Source: Candidatus Heimdallarchaeota archaeon (GTDB lineage Archaea > Asgardarchaeota > Heimdallarchaeia > Hodarchaeales > Hodarchaeaceae). Taken from it: a stretch of DNA of 18,419 nucleotides. The first letter of the stretch is position 1, and the number at the start of each line of letters is the position of its first letter. A program made the translations under genes and the position numbers. This document shows, piece after piece, positions 17,118 through 18,419 of the stretch. The stretch is taken from assembly GCA_019057635.1 (NCBI GenBank), contig DXJL01000037.1, positions 1 through 18,419 on the forward strand. Reading direction: 5' to 3'. The notes under the pieces were generated by a model. It did not search any database, was not told the origin of the DNA, and saw only the letters and a program-made list of their open reading frames with translations.

Positions 17118-17786
17118 TTGGTTCCAATTTTGATTCATAGAAGAAATTATGAGGAAATCACGGTTCGGGAAAAAGATATAGTCTACTATCTGCAACGTAG
17201 CAACAAATCTTCTCATAACTCCTCTCAAAAAGTTCTTACACCAGATTTAAAGATGCAATTGGTTCGAATGGAAAGCATAGCAGTCACTTTATATGAGTCG
17301 AAAGGTATTTTCAAGATTTTTAAGGCTTCAAAACTCCCCTTTAGAGAATGTTTTGCTGAAGCTGAAAGAGTGGCATTGGCTATTGTAACAATTGGTAAAT
17401 CTCTACCTTTGGAAGCGAATAATCGAATGAAATCAGGAGAATATGTTGATGGCGTTATCTTAGATGCATTTGGATCTGCTGGTGTAGAACAAGTGGCTGA
17501 TCAGGTGAATCGTGAAATTGTTGATATCGTCAAAAGCCAAAATTTTGAGTATTCACAACGGTTTAGTCCAGGTTATTGTCAGTGGAATGTAAAGGATCAA
17601 GAATTAATTTTCCAAAACCTCCCTGGTGAAGATATTGGAGTATCTCTGACTGAAGGATATATGATGAAACCCATTAAATCAGTATCATTTGCTATTAACA
17701 TTGGGAAAAATATAAAGAAATCAAGATGGGAGACACGATGCAAGTCATGTGAGGAACGAGGGCAGTGTACTTATCGTATGCAATGA
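17118..17786 (+). CDS. Stand-alone B12-dependent methionine synthase activation (AdoMet-binding) domain protein
   Basis: IVTIG, LDAFGSAGVEQ, RFSPGY, IGVSLTEGYMMKPIKSVS and a C-terminal CxxCx5C. The TTG start is uncertain. Confidence 0.88.
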   Translation: MVPILIHRRNYEEITVREKDIVYYLQRSNKSSHNSSQKVLTPDLKMQLVRMESIAVTLYESKGIFKIFKASKLPFRECFAEAERVALAIVTIGKSLPLEANNRMKSGEYVDGVILDAFGSAGVEQVADQVNREIVDIVKSQNFEYSQRFSPGYCQWNVKDQELIFQNLPGEDIGVSLTEGYMMKPIKSVSFAINIGKNIKKSRWETRCKSCEERGQCTYRMQ

Positions 17787-17956
17787 GATATCCCAATTCA
17801 ATTAATAATTAGTTTATTACAAATCAATTCATTCTAGAATATTTAGTTTAACTTATCATACTAGAAAAATGAAATGCAACGATTCATCATTTAAGCAAAA
17901 ATAATAATCCGTAATTACTGTTCTAGTTTTATTTGGTTATCTCTTAGGTGAAAAAT

Positions 17957-18419
17957 GTGGACACTATTGATTCGTTGGAGACAATGTGTGATGTTTTAAT
18001 TATTGGATCGGGTATTGCTGGATTATCATTGGCATTAAAAGTGACATCCATTGGTAAAGTTATAGTCTTGACAAAAACGAATCTTATAGAATGCGCTACG
18101 ATCTTAGCACAAGCAGGTATTAGTGCAGCAATTTCTACAGATGATTCATTTGAAACCCATACTCAAGACACAGTAAATGTCGGAGATGGCCTATGTCATC
18201 TAGATGTTGTAAAAAAAATTGTATCAGCAGCTCCTGAACGTATTGAAGAACTTGTCAAATGGGGAGTTCAATTCTCCAAAAAGGACAATGATCACTATGA
18301 TCTAGGATTAGAGGGAGGGCATTCGCATCGTCAAATAGTCCATTCTAAGGACAGAACGGGGGCAGATATTCAAAATGCGCGTATCTCCCGAGTCTTAGAA
18401 GATCCTCAAATAACTGTAC
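17957..18419 (+). CDS. nadB: L-aspartate oxidase, 5' part (3'-partial)
   Basis: DVLIIGSGIAGLSLAL (FAD binding), AQAGISA, DDSFETHTQDT..GDGLC, LVKWGVQF, LEGGHSHRQIVHSKDRTG. AGGTGA RBS at 17946-17951 precedes GTG 17957. Not in the ORF track. Confidence 0.9.
   Translation, partial: MDTIDSLETMCDVLIIGSGIAGLSLALKVTSIGKVIVLTKTNLIECATILAQAGISAAISTDDSFETHTQDTVNVGDGLCHLDVVKKIVSAAPERIEELVKWGVQFSKKDNDHYDLGLEGGHSHRQIVHSKDRTGADIQNARISRVLEDPQITV

Overview
An AT-rich, gene-dense metabolic window with no tRNA, rRNA, CRISPR array or mobile element that I can support. Oligo-T tracts after stop codons, GGTGA-type ribosome-binding sites, DUF123 and zinc-ribbon genes, and a proline-rich SNAP-like protein suggest an archaeon, possibly Asgard (inference only). 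Gene order: 3' end of an ornithine-carbamoyltransferase-like gene, double Zn-ribbon protein, Lys/Pro-rich protein with an alpha-SNAP-like C-terminus (apparent 1-bp frameshift), DUF123 GIY-YIG nuclease, transglutaminase-like protein, ilvE, rnhA, dihydropyrimidinase divergent from a deaminase-type amidohydrolase, a ~790-bp non-coding gap with repeats, a small Gly-rich membrane protein, htpX, a GH3 glycosidase, a saccharopine/lysine-6-dehydrogenase-family gene and a VOC/glyoxalase pseudogene missed by the ORF track. Then comes a four-gene operon (corrinoid protein, homocysteine methyltransferase, non-pyrrolysine MttB-family methyltransferase, MetH reactivation domain) and the 5' part of nadB. The operon looks like a split methionine synthase in which an MttB-family enzyme replaces the folate-binding module. 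It and the SNAP-like protein are the most interesting items. All family calls come from motif recognition by eye, not database searches.
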